The position numbers and the translations under genes are program-made. 32,000 nucleotides of DNA from an uncultured Gammaproteobacteria bacterium (lineage in GTDB: Bacteria; Patescibacteriota; Patescibacteriia; UBA2591; UBA6264), in NCBI GenBank assembly GCA_964507075.1, contig CAZDOL010000006.1, positions 6,511 to 38,510 on the forward strand, written 5' to 3'. Below are positions 7,541-16,968 of this stretch, in pieces. The notes under the pieces were generated by a model. The model was not told the DNA's origin. It saw only the letters and a program-made list of their open reading frames with translations, and ran no database searches. Within the stretch, counting starts at the first letter, position 1; each line of letters opens with the position of its first letter.

Positions 7541-9701
7541 ATAAGTCATTATTATTTGTTCGCTCTTCTGGCTCTCCTTCTTCTTCATATGGTTTTTTAT
7601 AAACATCGCGAGGCTTTGCTCCATCTGCTGGACCAATAGTGCCCTCTTCTTCCAATAAATCTAAAAGGCGCGCTGCTCGGGCGTAACCAACCCTTAACCT
7701 TCTCTGTAAAAAAGAAGCTGAAGCTTTGCCAGCTCTAATAATTATTTCTCTGGCCTGAGGTAATAATTCATCTTCCTGTAAATCCCCAAATTTACCACTG
7801 CCACCCAAAGAAGAATGCGATTCAATAATGCCATCTTCATAATTAGGTTCAGCAATATTTTTTAAATAATCAACTATTCCTTTAATCTCTTCGTCGGAAA
7901 CATAAGCTCCTTGTATTCTCTTAGGTTTAGATAATTCAGCGTAAGTGAAAAGCATATCTCCCCTGCCCAATAACTTTTCCGCTCCAGAGAAATCTAAAAT
8001 TGTACGAGAATCAGCACCAGAAACAACTGAAAAAGCTACCCGAGCTGTAATGTTGGCTTTTATCAAACCAGTGATAACATCAACTGATGGCCTTTGGGTA
8101 GCCATAATTAAATGAATGCCAATAGCTCGCGCCATTTGAGCTAACCTAATAATGCAGGCCTCCATATCTTGAGCAGCCACAGACATTAAGTCAGCTAATT
8201 CATCAACAATGATTACAATATATGGCAATTTATTATCAGGATGAGCATCATTATAACTAGAAATGTCTCTCTTCTTGGCCTCAGACAAAACATCAAACCT
8301 TCGGTCCATCTCACCAATAGCCCATTTAAGGGCATTAATAGTCTTTGTAATGTCTGTAATAACTGGAGTTAATAAATGAGGCAATCCATTATAAAGAGTC
8401 AATTCCACTCGTTTGGGGTCAATAAAGATAAATTTTAAGTCATCAATGGAATTCTGATAAAGCAAGCTAATGATAATCGTATTTAAAAATATAGTTTTAC
8501 CAGAACCAGTTGCACCTGCAACCAATAAATGAGGCATGCGAGATAAATCAGCCAAGCAAATATCTCCCGCTACATTTCTTCCTAAAGCCAAAGTCAAATT
8601 ATTCTTTCTTTGTTTGAAACCACTGCTACCTAAAATCTCTCTTAAGCGGATAATGGCTGTTTTTTGGTTAGGAACTTCAATTCCAACCAATGATTTGCCT
8701 GGAATAGGAGCTTCAATACGAATAGGATGGGCAGCTAACGCTAAAGCCAAATCATTGCTCAGGCTGGTAATTTGGGAAAGCTTTACTCCTTCTGCTGGCT
8801 TAAGAGTATATTGAGTAACAGTAGGTCCGACTTTTATTTCTCTCATTTCCACTGGAATTGAAAAATTTTCCAAAGTTCTTCTAATAATAGAAGCATTTAA
8901 TTTTGTATCGCCTCCTTGAGCTTTAGTGGAATCACTTTCTAATAAATTAAGGGGAAGGTCAACCTTGTGAAAACTTTTAGGAGAAGGAACTGTTATTTCT
9001 AAATTCTCTTTTTCAACGTGATATGATTTTTCAGACAATTTAGAATCAGCAGCTGCTATTTCTTCAGATATTCTTTTTATGGGAGAGAAAAGCTTTCCAC
9101 AAAATTTCCTTTTAGGCCTTTCCTCAACCTCTATTATTTCTTCCTGTTCTTCCTCTGCTTCTTCTTGAACTCCTTTAGGAAGAGGATTCTTTAAAAATTT
9201 AATTTTTATCAAACCCTCAAAAATAATGATTAAAGTTACTAAAAAAATACAGATAAAAATCAATGTCGTGGCCAAAATTCCAAAAGTATTTACCAAAAAA
9301 TAGCTAAAAGCATAACCAATATAGCCACCTCCCTTGTTCGCGCTTAAAGCAGTTGAGTCAGAAACAAAATTAAGATGCATAAAACTCGCACAAATCAAAA
9401 GTAATAAAAACAAACTAAGAACTCGGGTGCTAAACTTTCGCTGTTTCTCTTGAATTTTAAAATAATTTAAAAATAAATAAGCAAGTATTAACAAAAATAC
9501 TGGAACTATCCAGCCCACCCAACCAAACAGAAAAAGAAGTCCTTGAGCTAAAAAATTTCCCACTAAACCAGCTGCATTCAATAATCCCAGAAATAAAATA
9601 ACCGCTAAAGTAATTAAAACAATAGCGATAATCAAATTCTGAGATTTGGATTTATTCTTTTTGACTTTAACTGACTTTTTTCTTACTTTAGGGCGAGACA
9701 T
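7539..9701 (-). CDS. ftsK: DNA translocase FtsK
   Basis: N-terminal TM helices, a linker, a motor domain with Walker A GATGSGKT and Walker B IVIIVDELADL, and a C-terminal gamma winged helix (FLQRRLRVGYARAARLLDLLEEEG). Confidence 0.95.
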   Translation of the reverse strand: MSRPKVRKKSVKVKKNKSKSQNLIIAIVLITLAVILFLGLLNAAGLVGNFLAQGLLFLFGWVGWIVPVFLLILAYLFLNYFKIQEKQRKFSTRVLSLFLLLLICASFMHLNFVSDSTALSANKGGGYIGYAFSYFLVNTFGILATTLIFICIFLVTLIIIFEGLIKIKFLKNPLPKGVQEEAEEEQEEIIEVEERPKRKFCGKLFSPIKRISEEIAAADSKLSEKSYHVEKENLEITVPSPKSFHKVDLPLNLLESDSTKAQGGDTKLNASIIRRTLENFSIPVEMREIKVGPTVTQYTLKPAEGVKLSQITSLSNDLALALAAHPIRIEAPIPGKSLVGIEVPNQKTAIIRLREILGSSGFKQRKNNLTLALGRNVAGDICLADLSRMPHLLVAGATGSGKTIFLNTIIISLLYQNSIDDLKFIFIDPKRVELTLYNGLPHLLTPVITDITKTINALKWAIGEMDRRFDVLSEAKKRDISSYNDAHPDNKLPYIVIIVDELADLMSVAAQDMEACIIRLAQMARAIGIHLIMATQRPSVDVITGLIKANITARVAFSVVSGADSRTILDFSGAEKLLGRGDMLFTYAELSKPKRIQGAYVSDEEIKGIVDYLKNIAEPNYEDGIIESHSSLGGSGKFGDLQEDELLPQAREIIIRAGKASASFLQRRLRVGYARAARLLDLLEEEGTIGPADGAKPRDVYKKPYEEEGEPEERTNNNDL

Positions 9702-9714
9702 AATGCAAAATTAT

Positions 9715-9740
9715 AATTCCTAATTTCTAATTCCTAATTA
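9715..9740. repeat. 7-nt tandem array AATTYCT, about 3.7 units
   Basis: aattcct aatttct aattcct aatta, starting 13 nt upstream of the ftsK start codon (9701). The same unit and orientation appear at 25173-25193. Confidence 0.85.
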
Positions 9741-9807
9741 AAACGAGGTTTCAAGGGGTTAACAAAAACGGACAATCCCCTTTTTGCAATTATAATGATA
9801 ACATTTT

Positions 9808-12800
9808 TTAGTCTCTTAATCCAGTGCCCGCGGGGATAAGACGACCAACAATAACATTTTCTTTTAGACCTCGCAAATAATCAGAATGCCCATTAATCGC
9901 TGCATTAACCAAAACTCGAGATGTCTCTTGGAAAGATGCAGCTGAAAGCCAACTGTCTGTAGAAAGAGAAATTTTAGTAATACCTAATAATAATTCCCTT
10001 GCTATGGCTTTTTTACAAGAAGAATCTTTTAAACTTTTATTAGCATCTAATAAATAACCCTTTGGAACAATTTCTCCGGGCAAAAGATCTGTGTCTCCCC
10101 CATCTTCAACAAAACAACGAGAAAACATTTGGCGAATAATCATTTCCACGTGCTTGTCATTTAAATGCTGACCCTGAGAAGAATAAATATGTTGAACCTC
10201 GCGCAAAATATATTTTTCCACTTCTCTTTTTCCACGAAGTCGATGAAGCTCATGTAAATCCAAACTACCATCTGTAAGCTGTTCTCCGGCTTTAACTTTG
10301 GCATTGTTTTCCACCCAAATACTACGATTGGTGGCATCAAATTCCACTTCTTCGTCAACACTATAAATAACAGTAATATTTCCTTTGTTGTCTATTTTGA
10401 CTTGTCCTGCATTCTTTGCTAATATTTTCTTTTTGTCTTGAATAGCCAAAATTTCTTTCTTTTTTATTTTTTGGCCATCTTTAACCTTAATTTCCCACTT
10501 TTTTTCCTTATCGTTGCGATGAATTTCTTTTTTATCAACCTCACATTTAATAATAATTTTCCTCTCTTGATCGTTATCAACCACTAGAGCTTTCCCGTCT
10601 GCGGGCGATAAAAGTGCTTGACCTTTACCAGAACGGACCTCAAAAAGCTCTTCCACTCGAGGCAAACCCTGAGTAATGTCAGTTTCAGCCACACCTCCAG
10701 TATGAAAAGTACGGAGAGTGAGCTGCGTTCCTGGTTCTCCTATGCTTTGAGCGGCAACAATGCCTACTGGAGTCCCAATCTTAACGGGCTTATTATAGGC
10801 CAAATCATATCCATAACACTTAGCGCAAGTTCCCCTATGACTTTTACAGGTTAAAACTGAATGAATTGAAAATTCAGAAGGATTAATTTTATTGATAATC
10901 CGAGCTTTTTCCCGAGTTATAATTTCATCTGATTTAATAATAATTTTTTTGGTTTGAGGATCTTTTAAGGTTTGGGCTGAGGTTCGTCCAAATAAACGGT
11001 TTTCCCATGTTTCCACCATCTCCTCATTATCTTCTTTTGTTAAACGTAAACCTTGGCTTTCTCCACAATCCTTTTCCACCACCAGTAAATCTTGACAAAC
11101 ATCTACCATACGACGAGTTAAATATCCTGCTTTAGCTGTTCGCAAAGCCGTGTCTGAAGAACCTTTGCGAGAACCGTGTGAAGAAATAAAATACTCTAAA
11201 GTATTATACCCCTCTTTTAAAGAAGACTTAATGGGTAGTTCAATTAATTTTCCACTTGGAGAACGAACAATACCCCTCATTCCCACCATTTGTACAAACT
11301 GCGACCATGAGCCACGCGCCCCTGATTCAACCATAGAAAATACTGAACTAAAAATAGGCTTATTTTCTTTAACTGACTCTGTAACTCTATCCTTGGCATC
11401 AATCCAGGCTTCTATTGTTTTTAAATAACGTTCGTCTTCAGCCAAAAGTCCCATTTCATATTGAGAACTTATCTCTTTGACTCGTTTCTCTGTTTCCTGA
11501 ATAATTTCATCTTTAGCTTTAATAGTAGGTAAATCATTCATTCCAAAAGAAAGCCCTGATTTTGTTAAATAACTAAATCCGTATTCTTTTACTTTGTCTA
11601 AAATTTTTACTACTTCCTTTGAATTACCTTGATCTATGGCTTCGGTTATAATTTTTCCCAATTCTTTGCCATCAACTGTCTTATCCATATCATAAAGTCC
11701 AGGAAGAAGAATAGAATTAAAAATCATTCTACCAACGCTAACTTCTCTAATTTTTTCGCCAACCCTAACTTTTATTTTTTCCTGTAAATCAATTTTACCT
11801 AATTCATAAGCCAACACAGCTTCTTGTTCAGAGGAAAAAACATGCATTTTTTCTTTTTTACCCTCTTTTAAAAAGGTCATATAATATATTCCCCAAACCA
11901 TATCTTTTGTGGGGGTAACTACCGAACTGCCAGTAGCAGGTTTTAATAAATTATTGGTGGATAAAATAATATCTTTTACCTCCTTTTTGGCCATATCAGT
12001 AATAGGAACATGGACCGACATTGTGTCTCCATCAAAATCAGCATTAAAAGCAGTACAAACTAAAGGATGAATTTGAATAGCTTTTCCTTCCACCAAAACT
12101 GGCCTAAATCCTTGAATTCCCAGACGATGTAAGGTTGGCGCACGATTTAATAAAACATAAGATTTTTCGATAATTTCTTCTAAAATCGCCCAAACATCTT
12201 CTGTTTTCTGCTCAATAATTCTATTAGCGCTACGCACATTATGTACCAATCCTCTTTCAATTAGTTTAGAGGCAATAAAGGGCTTAAATAATTCAATTGC
12301 CATTATTTTGGGAAGTCCGCATTGGTCAAGTTTCAACTTTGGTCCAACCACAATTACTGACCGACCAGAATAATCTACTCTTTTTCCTAATAAATTCTGA
12401 CGAAATCTGCCTTGTTTGCCTTTAAGGATATCAGCCAATGATTTCAAGGAACGACGCTGACCAGTAGAAGAAAGAACTGTTTTCCCAGACCGCATATTAT
12501 TGTCAAATAAAGCATCTACTGCCTCCTGAAGCATTCTTTTTTCGTTGCGTAAAATAACTTCTGGAGCTTTTAACTCATAAAGCCTTTTCAAACGATTATT
12601 ACGATTGATAATCCGACGATATAAATCATTTAAATCTGAAGAAGCAAACCGACCACCATCAAGGGGAACTAAGGGTCGCAATTCGGGTGGAACAACCGGA
12701 ATCACACTTAATACCATATCTTCGGGCTTGATTTTGTTGGAAATAAAACTACGAATATATTTTATTCTCTGAACCGCCTTTTTTCTTTTAACTAAATCAG

Positions 12801-13578
12801 TAATAGTATTTTTCTTTTTTTCTAAATCTTTAATCATTTTTCCTATGTCAGCCTGAGCTAATAATTTAAAAATTGCCTCCGCGCCAATATCAGCACTGAA
12901 TATATGACCATATTTCAAAGAAAGCTCCCGATATTCAAATTCCGTTAACAACCTTTTTTCTTCTAAATCCATTATTTCTTTTTTTGTTTCTTTGTATTTG
13001 GTTCCTAATGCCAAGATATCATCATCTTCTGTTTTATTGCTCATTAATTCTTTTCTCTTTGTTTTATATTCTTTTTCCAGATTCTCAAGAAGTTCCTTTT
13101 TCAAATTCTGATGGACTTCAGTAATAATAAAATTAGCAAAATAAATTACTTTTTCCAAAGACTGAATGGATACTTGTAAAATCAGCCCTATTTTAGAGGG
13201 CAAACTGCGTAAAAACCAAATATGAGTTACTGGCGCTGCTAAATCAATATGGCCGAATCTTTCTCTCCTGACTAAACTACGAGTCACTTCTACTCCGCAA
13301 CGATCACAGACAATTCCTTTGTAACGCAATTTTTTATATTTTCCGCAAGCGCATTGCCAATCTTTAACTGGACCAAAAATTTTCTGACAAAACAAACCAT
13401 CTCGCTCTGGCTTACGACTGCGATAATTAATAGTTTCTGGTTTAGTAACCTCACCATGCGACCAAGATTTAATCTGTTCAGTTGACGCTAAACTCATGCG
13501 AATCTCGTCAAAATCATGAGGTTTCCTTTGTTTAGTGTCATGTAACACTAAAGTTGAAATTGTAGATGGATTAGCCAT
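9808..13578 (-). CDS. rpoC: DNA-directed RNA polymerase subunit beta'
   Basis: N-terminal zinc motif CACGKYKKLRYKGIVCDRCGVEV, catalytic NADFDGD, and full-length collinearity with RpoC. Confidence 0.98.
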   Translation of the reverse strand: MANPSTISTLVLHDTKQRKPHDFDEIRMSLASTEQIKSWSHGEVTKPETINYRSRKPERDGLFCQKIFGPVKDWQCACGKYKKLRYKGIVCDRCGVEVTRSLVRRERFGHIDLAAPVTHIWFLRSLPSKIGLILQVSIQSLEKVIYFANFIITEVHQNLKKELLENLEKEYKTKRKELMSNKTEDDDILALGTKYKETKKEIMDLEEKRLLTEFEYRELSLKYGHIFSADIGAEAIFKLLAQADIGKMIKDLEKKKNTITDLVKRKKAVQRIKYIRSFISNKIKPEDMVLSVIPVVPPELRPLVPLDGGRFASSDLNDLYRRIINRNNRLKRLYELKAPEVILRNEKRMLQEAVDALFDNNMRSGKTVLSSTGQRRSLKSLADILKGKQGRFRQNLLGKRVDYSGRSVIVVGPKLKLDQCGLPKIMAIELFKPFIASKLIERGLVHNVRSANRIIEQKTEDVWAILEEIIEKSYVLLNRAPTLHRLGIQGFRPVLVEGKAIQIHPLVCTAFNADFDGDTMSVHVPITDMAKKEVKDIILSTNNLLKPATGSSVVTPTKDMVWGIYYMTFLKEGKKEKMHVFSSEQEAVLAYELGKIDLQEKIKVRVGEKIREVSVGRMIFNSILLPGLYDMDKTVDGKELGKIITEAIDQGNSKEVVKILDKVKEYGFSYLTKSGLSFGMNDLPTIKAKDEIIQETEKRVKEISSQYEMGLLAEDERYLKTIEAWIDAKDRVTESVKENKPIFSSVFSMVESGARGSWSQFVQMVGMRGIVRSPSGKLIELPIKSSLKEGYNTLEYFISSHGSRKGSSDTALRTAKAGYLTRRMVDVCQDLLVVEKDCGESQGLRLTKEDNEEMVETWENRLFGRTSAQTLKDPQTKKIIIKSDEIITREKARIINKINPSEFSIHSVLTCKSHRGTCAKCYGYDLAYNKPVKIGTPVGIVAAQSIGEPGTQLTLRTFHTGGVAETDITQGLPRVEELFEVRSGKGQALLSPADGKALVVDNDQERKIIIKCEVDKKEIHRNDKEKKWEIKVKDGQKIKKKEILAIQDKKKILAKNAGQVKIDNKGNITVIYSVDEEVEFDATNRSIWVENNAKVKAGEQLTDGSLDLHELHRLRGKREVEKYILREVQHIYSSQGQHLNDKHVEMIIRQMFSRCFVEDGGDTDLLPGEIVPKGYLLDANKSLKDSSCKKAIARELLLGITKISLSTDSWLSAASFQETSRVLVNAAINGHSDYLRGLKENVIVGRLIPAGTGLRD

Positions 13579-13580
13579 AT

Positions 13581-13615
13581 ATTTAATTATTAATCATCGA
13601 TCATTAATCATTTTA
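13581..13615. repeat. Degenerate 7-nt array YATTAAT, about 5 units
   Basis: atttaat tattaat catcgat cattaat catttta spans the 29-nt rpoB-rpoC spacer and runs into the rpoB stop codon. The same unit family is seen at 30294-30328. Confidence 0.5.
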
Positions 13616-16600
13616 TTTTTCTTCCGTTTTTAATCATTTCAATATTCAAACAAAGACCTTTTAACTCTCGGATCAAAACATTAAACGACTCAGGAACATT
13701 AATTTCTTTTACCATATCACCCTTAATAATGGATTCGTAAGCTTTTGTGCGCCCAATCACATCGTCAGATTTAATGGTTAACATCTCCTGTAAAGTATAA
13801 GCAGCGCCATATCCTTCCAGAGCCCAAACCTCCATTTCCCCAAATCTTTGTCCGCCAAATTGTGCTTTCCCGCCTAAAGGCTGTTGGGTGATAAGAGAAT
13901 AAGGGCCAATAGAACGCTGATGAATTTTATCTTCCACTAAATGATTCAATTTTAAAGCATAAATATAGCCGACTGTAGTTTTATTTTTAAATTTTTCTCC
14001 AGTTTTCCCGTCATAAAGATACATTTTGCCATCAGCTGAATAGCCTGCTTTAACTAACTCTTTACTAATCTCTTCTTCTGTGACTCCATTTAAAACTGGA
14101 GTAGCTGCCCTATAATTTAATTTTTTGGCAGCTAATCCTAAATGAGTTTCTAAAATCTGCCCAATATTCATACGAGAGACAACGCCCAAAGGGTTAAGAA
14201 TAATATCAATCACTTGACCATCATCCAAATAAGGCATATCTTCTTGTGGAACAATTTTAGATACCACTCCTTTATTGCCATGGCGACCAGACATTTTGTC
14301 TCCAACCTGAATCTTCCTTAAATCAGCAACTAGGATTTGAATAGATCTAATTACGCCTGGTTGTAATTTGTCACCATTTTCTCTAGAAAATATTTTAATT
14401 CCTATGACTTTACCATGTTCGCCGTGTTCAAGGTAAAGAGAAGAATCGCGAATATCTTGAGCTTTCTCGCCAAAAATCGCCTTTAAAAGTTTTTCTTCTG
14501 CTGTTAACTCTGCTTCGCCACGAGGAGTAATTTTGCCAACCAAAATGTCTCCTGATTTTACTTCTGCACCAATTCTAATAATTCCCTCTTCATCTAGATC
14601 TTTTAATTTTACTTCACTGACGTTGGGAATGTCACGGGTAGTCATTTCCAGACCAAACTTTGTTTCGCGAATATCAATCGTATGCTCATCAATGTGCAAA
14701 GAGCTAAATTTATCATTTTGCACCAAACGAGAAGACAGCAAAATAGCATCTTCAAAATTTCCCCCCTCCCAAGACATAAAGGCGCAAAGAACATTATGAC
14801 CCAAAGCTAACTCACCATTTTCCATTGAGGCCCCTTCAACTAAAATATCTCCTGCTTTAAATTTCTCTCCCATAGCAACCACCGGTTGTTGATTAAAACA
14901 AGTATTAAAATTAGAACGATCGTATTTTTTTAAACTGTAATTCTGACTAAGACCTGATTTATAGCGCAAAACAATATGAGCAGAATCAACTTCCATGACC
15001 TTTCCGTCTTCAGGAGCTTCAAGTAAATGACCAGAATCCCGAGCCGCCCTACCCTCAACGCCAGTACCAACCAAAGGAGTATCTGGTTTAATTAATGGAA
15101 CAGCTTGACGTTGCATATTACTGCCCATTAAAGCTCGAACCCCATCATCATGTTCTAAGAAAGGAATAAGTGCAGTAGCCACGCTCACAATCTGATTAGC
15201 AGCTATGTCAGTAAATTCAACTTCACTTGTTTTACAAAAACCAGGATGACCATAAATCCGAGCCTCTACAGTGTTATTAATAATCTTATTGTTTTTATCA
15301 ATAGCCGACGTAAAAGGCATTAAAATATGTTCTTCTTCTTCAAATGCATTTAAAAAAGTAATTTCCTTGGTTATTTTTCCTTTAATTACTTTATAGTAGG
15401 GGGTTTCAATAAACCCATATTCATTTAAACGCGAATAGCAAGCTAAATAATTAACCAAACCAACGTTTGGTCCTTCTGGGGTAGCAATAGGACAAATCTT
15501 GCCATAATAAGTTCTGTGCACATCACGCACTTCAAATCCAGCCCTCTCCCTAGATAAACCACCAGGACCAACAACAGTTAATCTTCTTTTATGCTCTAAT
15601 TCAGAAAGTATGTTGGTTTGATCCATGAATTGAGAGAGCTGAGAAGACATAAAAAATTCTCTAATTACTCCCACAATTGGCTTAATATTTATCAATTGTG
15701 CTGGTCCGTATTTTTTAGACTCAATAAGACCCATTCTGTCGCGAACAATCCTTTGTACCCTTAACATCCCCACTCTCATCCTATTTTGTACTAATTCCCC
15801 AATAGCCCTCACCCTACGATTAGATAAATGGTCAATATCATCCGCAGGAGTTTGTCTAACATTGAGTCTAATCAATTCACTTATAATGGCTTTAAGATCT
15901 TCTGGCCTGATAGTGCGCTTGGTTATCTTGGGATCTAAATGAAGGCGCTGACTCAATTTATATCTTCCCACTTTACTGAGATCATAACGGCTATAATTGA
16001 AAAACATAGCATATATTAAAGACCTAGCATTATCAGCAGTTGCCAAATCTCCTGGTCTAATTTTACGATAAACCTCAATTAAACCTCCGTCTTCTGAGGC
16101 CGAAGGATCTTTATCTAAGGTATTCTGGACATATTTGCTATTTATAATTTCTTTGTCTCTTTTGAATAAATCCAAAATTTCCTTATCTGAGCCAAAACCA
16201 AAAACTCGCAAGAGCGCAGTAGCGGGAATTTTCCTTTGGCGATCAATTCTTACCCAAATTATTCCCTTGGTGTCGGTTTCAAACTCCAGCCAAGCTCCTC
16301 TATCAGGAATAACCTTGGCACTATAATAAAATCGACCCTTAAGACGAGTACGAGCAAAAATAATACCAGGCGATCTAATTAATTGCTGAATAATAACCCT
16401 TTCAATCCCATTAATAATTAAAGTCCCCTTGTCAGTCATCAAGGGGATGTCTCCAAAATAAACATCTTGTTCTATTTTCTTGCCTGTTTTTTTGTTAATT
16501 AAACGCACCTTTACTGTTAAAGGTGCTTCATATGTTAAATTTCTATTTTTACTAATAATTTGATCAAATTTTGGATTCCCCAAAGAACAATTTAAAAAAT

Positions 16601-16778
16601 GTAATTCAAAATTTTTGCCAATCAGGTCTTCAATCGGCGAAAATTCTTTTATTAATTCTCCTATTCCTTGATTTAAAAACCAATCATATGATAATTTCTG
16701 GTTTTTGGTCAAATCTGGCAAAGTGGCATTAGAATTAATGGTAGCTTTTGAAAAAAATTTACGTTTTTGAGAAAACAT
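13608..16778 (-). CDS. rpoB: DNA-directed RNA polymerase subunit beta
   Basis: Full-length RpoB-like sequence, including GRHGNKGVVS, NPLGVVSRMNIGQILE and GGQRFGEMEVWALEGYGAAYTLQE. Confidence 0.98.
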   Translation of the reverse strand: MFSQKRKFFSKATINSNATLPDLTKNQKLSYDWFLNQGIGELIKEFSPIEDLIGKNFELHFLNCSLGNPKFDQIISKNRNLTYEAPLTVKVRLINKKTGKKIEQDVYFGDIPLMTDKGTLIINGIERVIIQQLIRSPGIIFARTRLKGRFYYSAKVIPDRGAWLEFETDTKGIIWVRIDRQRKIPATALLRVFGFGSDKEILDLFKRDKEIINSKYVQNTLDKDPSASEDGGLIEVYRKIRPGDLATADNARSLIYAMFFNYSRYDLSKVGRYKLSQRLHLDPKITKRTIRPEDLKAIISELIRLNVRQTPADDIDHLSNRRVRAIGELVQNRMRVGMLRVQRIVRDRMGLIESKKYGPAQLINIKPIVGVIREFFMSSQLSQFMDQTNILSELEHKRRLTVVGPGGLSRERAGFEVRDVHRTYYGKICPIATPEGPNVGLVNYLACYSRLNEYGFIETPYYKVIKGKITKEITFLNAFEEEEHILMPFTSAIDKNNKIINNTVEARIYGHPGFCKTSEVEFTDIAANQIVSVATALIPFLEHDDGVRALMGSNMQRQAVPLIKPDTPLVGTGVEGRAARDSGHLLEAPEDGKVMEVDSAHIVLRYKSGLSQNYSLKKYDRSNFNTCFNQQPVVAMGEKFKAGDILVEGASMENGELALGHNVLCAFMSWEGGNFEDAILLSSRLVQNDKFSSLHIDEHTIDIRETKFGLEMTTRDIPNVSEVKLKDLDEEGIIRIGAEVKSGDILVGKITPRGEAELTAEEKLLKAIFGEKAQDIRDSSLYLEHGEHGKVIGIKIFSRENGDKLQPGVIRSIQILVADLRKIQVGDKMSGRHGNKGVVSKIVPQEDMPYLDDGQVIDIILNPLGVVSRMNIGQILETHLGLAAKKLNYRAATPVLNGVTEEEISKELVKAGYSADGKMYLYDGKTGEKFKNKTTVGYIYALKLNHLVEDKIHQRSIGPYSLITQQPLGGKAQFGGQRFGEMEVWALEGYGAAYTLQEMLTIKSDDVIGRTKAYESIIKGDMVKEINVPESFNVLIRELKGLCLNIEMIKNGRKIK

Positions 16779-16802
16779 ATAGCAAAAGGCACTAAAAATT
16801 CC

Positions 16803-16820
16803 CTCAGAAAAAAATCTGAG
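16803..16820 (-). promoter_or_regulatory. Small hairpin in the rpoB leader (CTCAGA-A6-TCTGAG)
   Basis: A 6-bp stem with a 6-nt loop, 25-42 nt upstream of the rpoB start, within a 190-nt AT-rich spacer. Its function is unknown. Confidence 0.2.
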
Positions 16821-16883
16821 AGCTTATTATTTTAAAATTGAATCAAATTTATAAACAAAATGAAAAAATTAAATAGCTCTAAT

Positions 16884-16914
16884 AAAAAAAACAATTATAA
16901 ACGAAATTGTTTTT
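16884..16914 (-). terminator. Weak AT-only hairpin with a T-run downstream of the Mur ligase gene
   Basis: On the - strand: AACAATT, an 8-nt loop, AATTGTT, then TTTTTTT. The stem halves are 16890-16896 and 16905-16911. The stem contains a single G/C pair, so it is weak. Confidence 0.3.
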
Positions 16915-16968
16915 GTTATTGTGAATAATAACTGAAAAATACGAATTTGTCAAACATTTTCCTTTAAA

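Noticed and set aside
8536-8814. Antisense ORFs of 61-104 aa inside large conserved genes. Examples: 795-1001, 2430-2660, 4853-5113, 8536-8814, 10161-10361, 10618-10854, 11150-11428, 14533-14799, 16135-16326, 22081-22317, 22858-23088, 27731-27949, 28066-28251, 28414-28722, 29693-29884, 29909-30223, 30603-30806, 31573-31827.
   Set aside because: Each lies wholly within a strongly supported gene on the opposite strand. They have low-complexity, Ser/Leu/Phe-rich translations typical of antisense frames in AT-rich DNA, and no recognisable motifs.
9761-9790. A canonical intrinsic terminator downstream of rpoC.
   Set aside because: Only a weak structure is available: GGGG...CCCC with an 18-nt loop, or a 3-bp GGA/TCC stem. 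I record it only as a degenerate member of the GGGACAGTCCCC motif family, not as a supported terminator.
16860-16928. A 22-codon + strand mini-ORF, MKKLNSSNKKNNYKRNCFCYCE, in the rpoB upstream spacer.
   Set aside because: It is very short, lies on the opposite strand to all neighbouring genes, and overlaps the AT hairpin. It has no ribosome-binding or conservation evidence. Such ORFs are expected by chance in AT-rich DNA.
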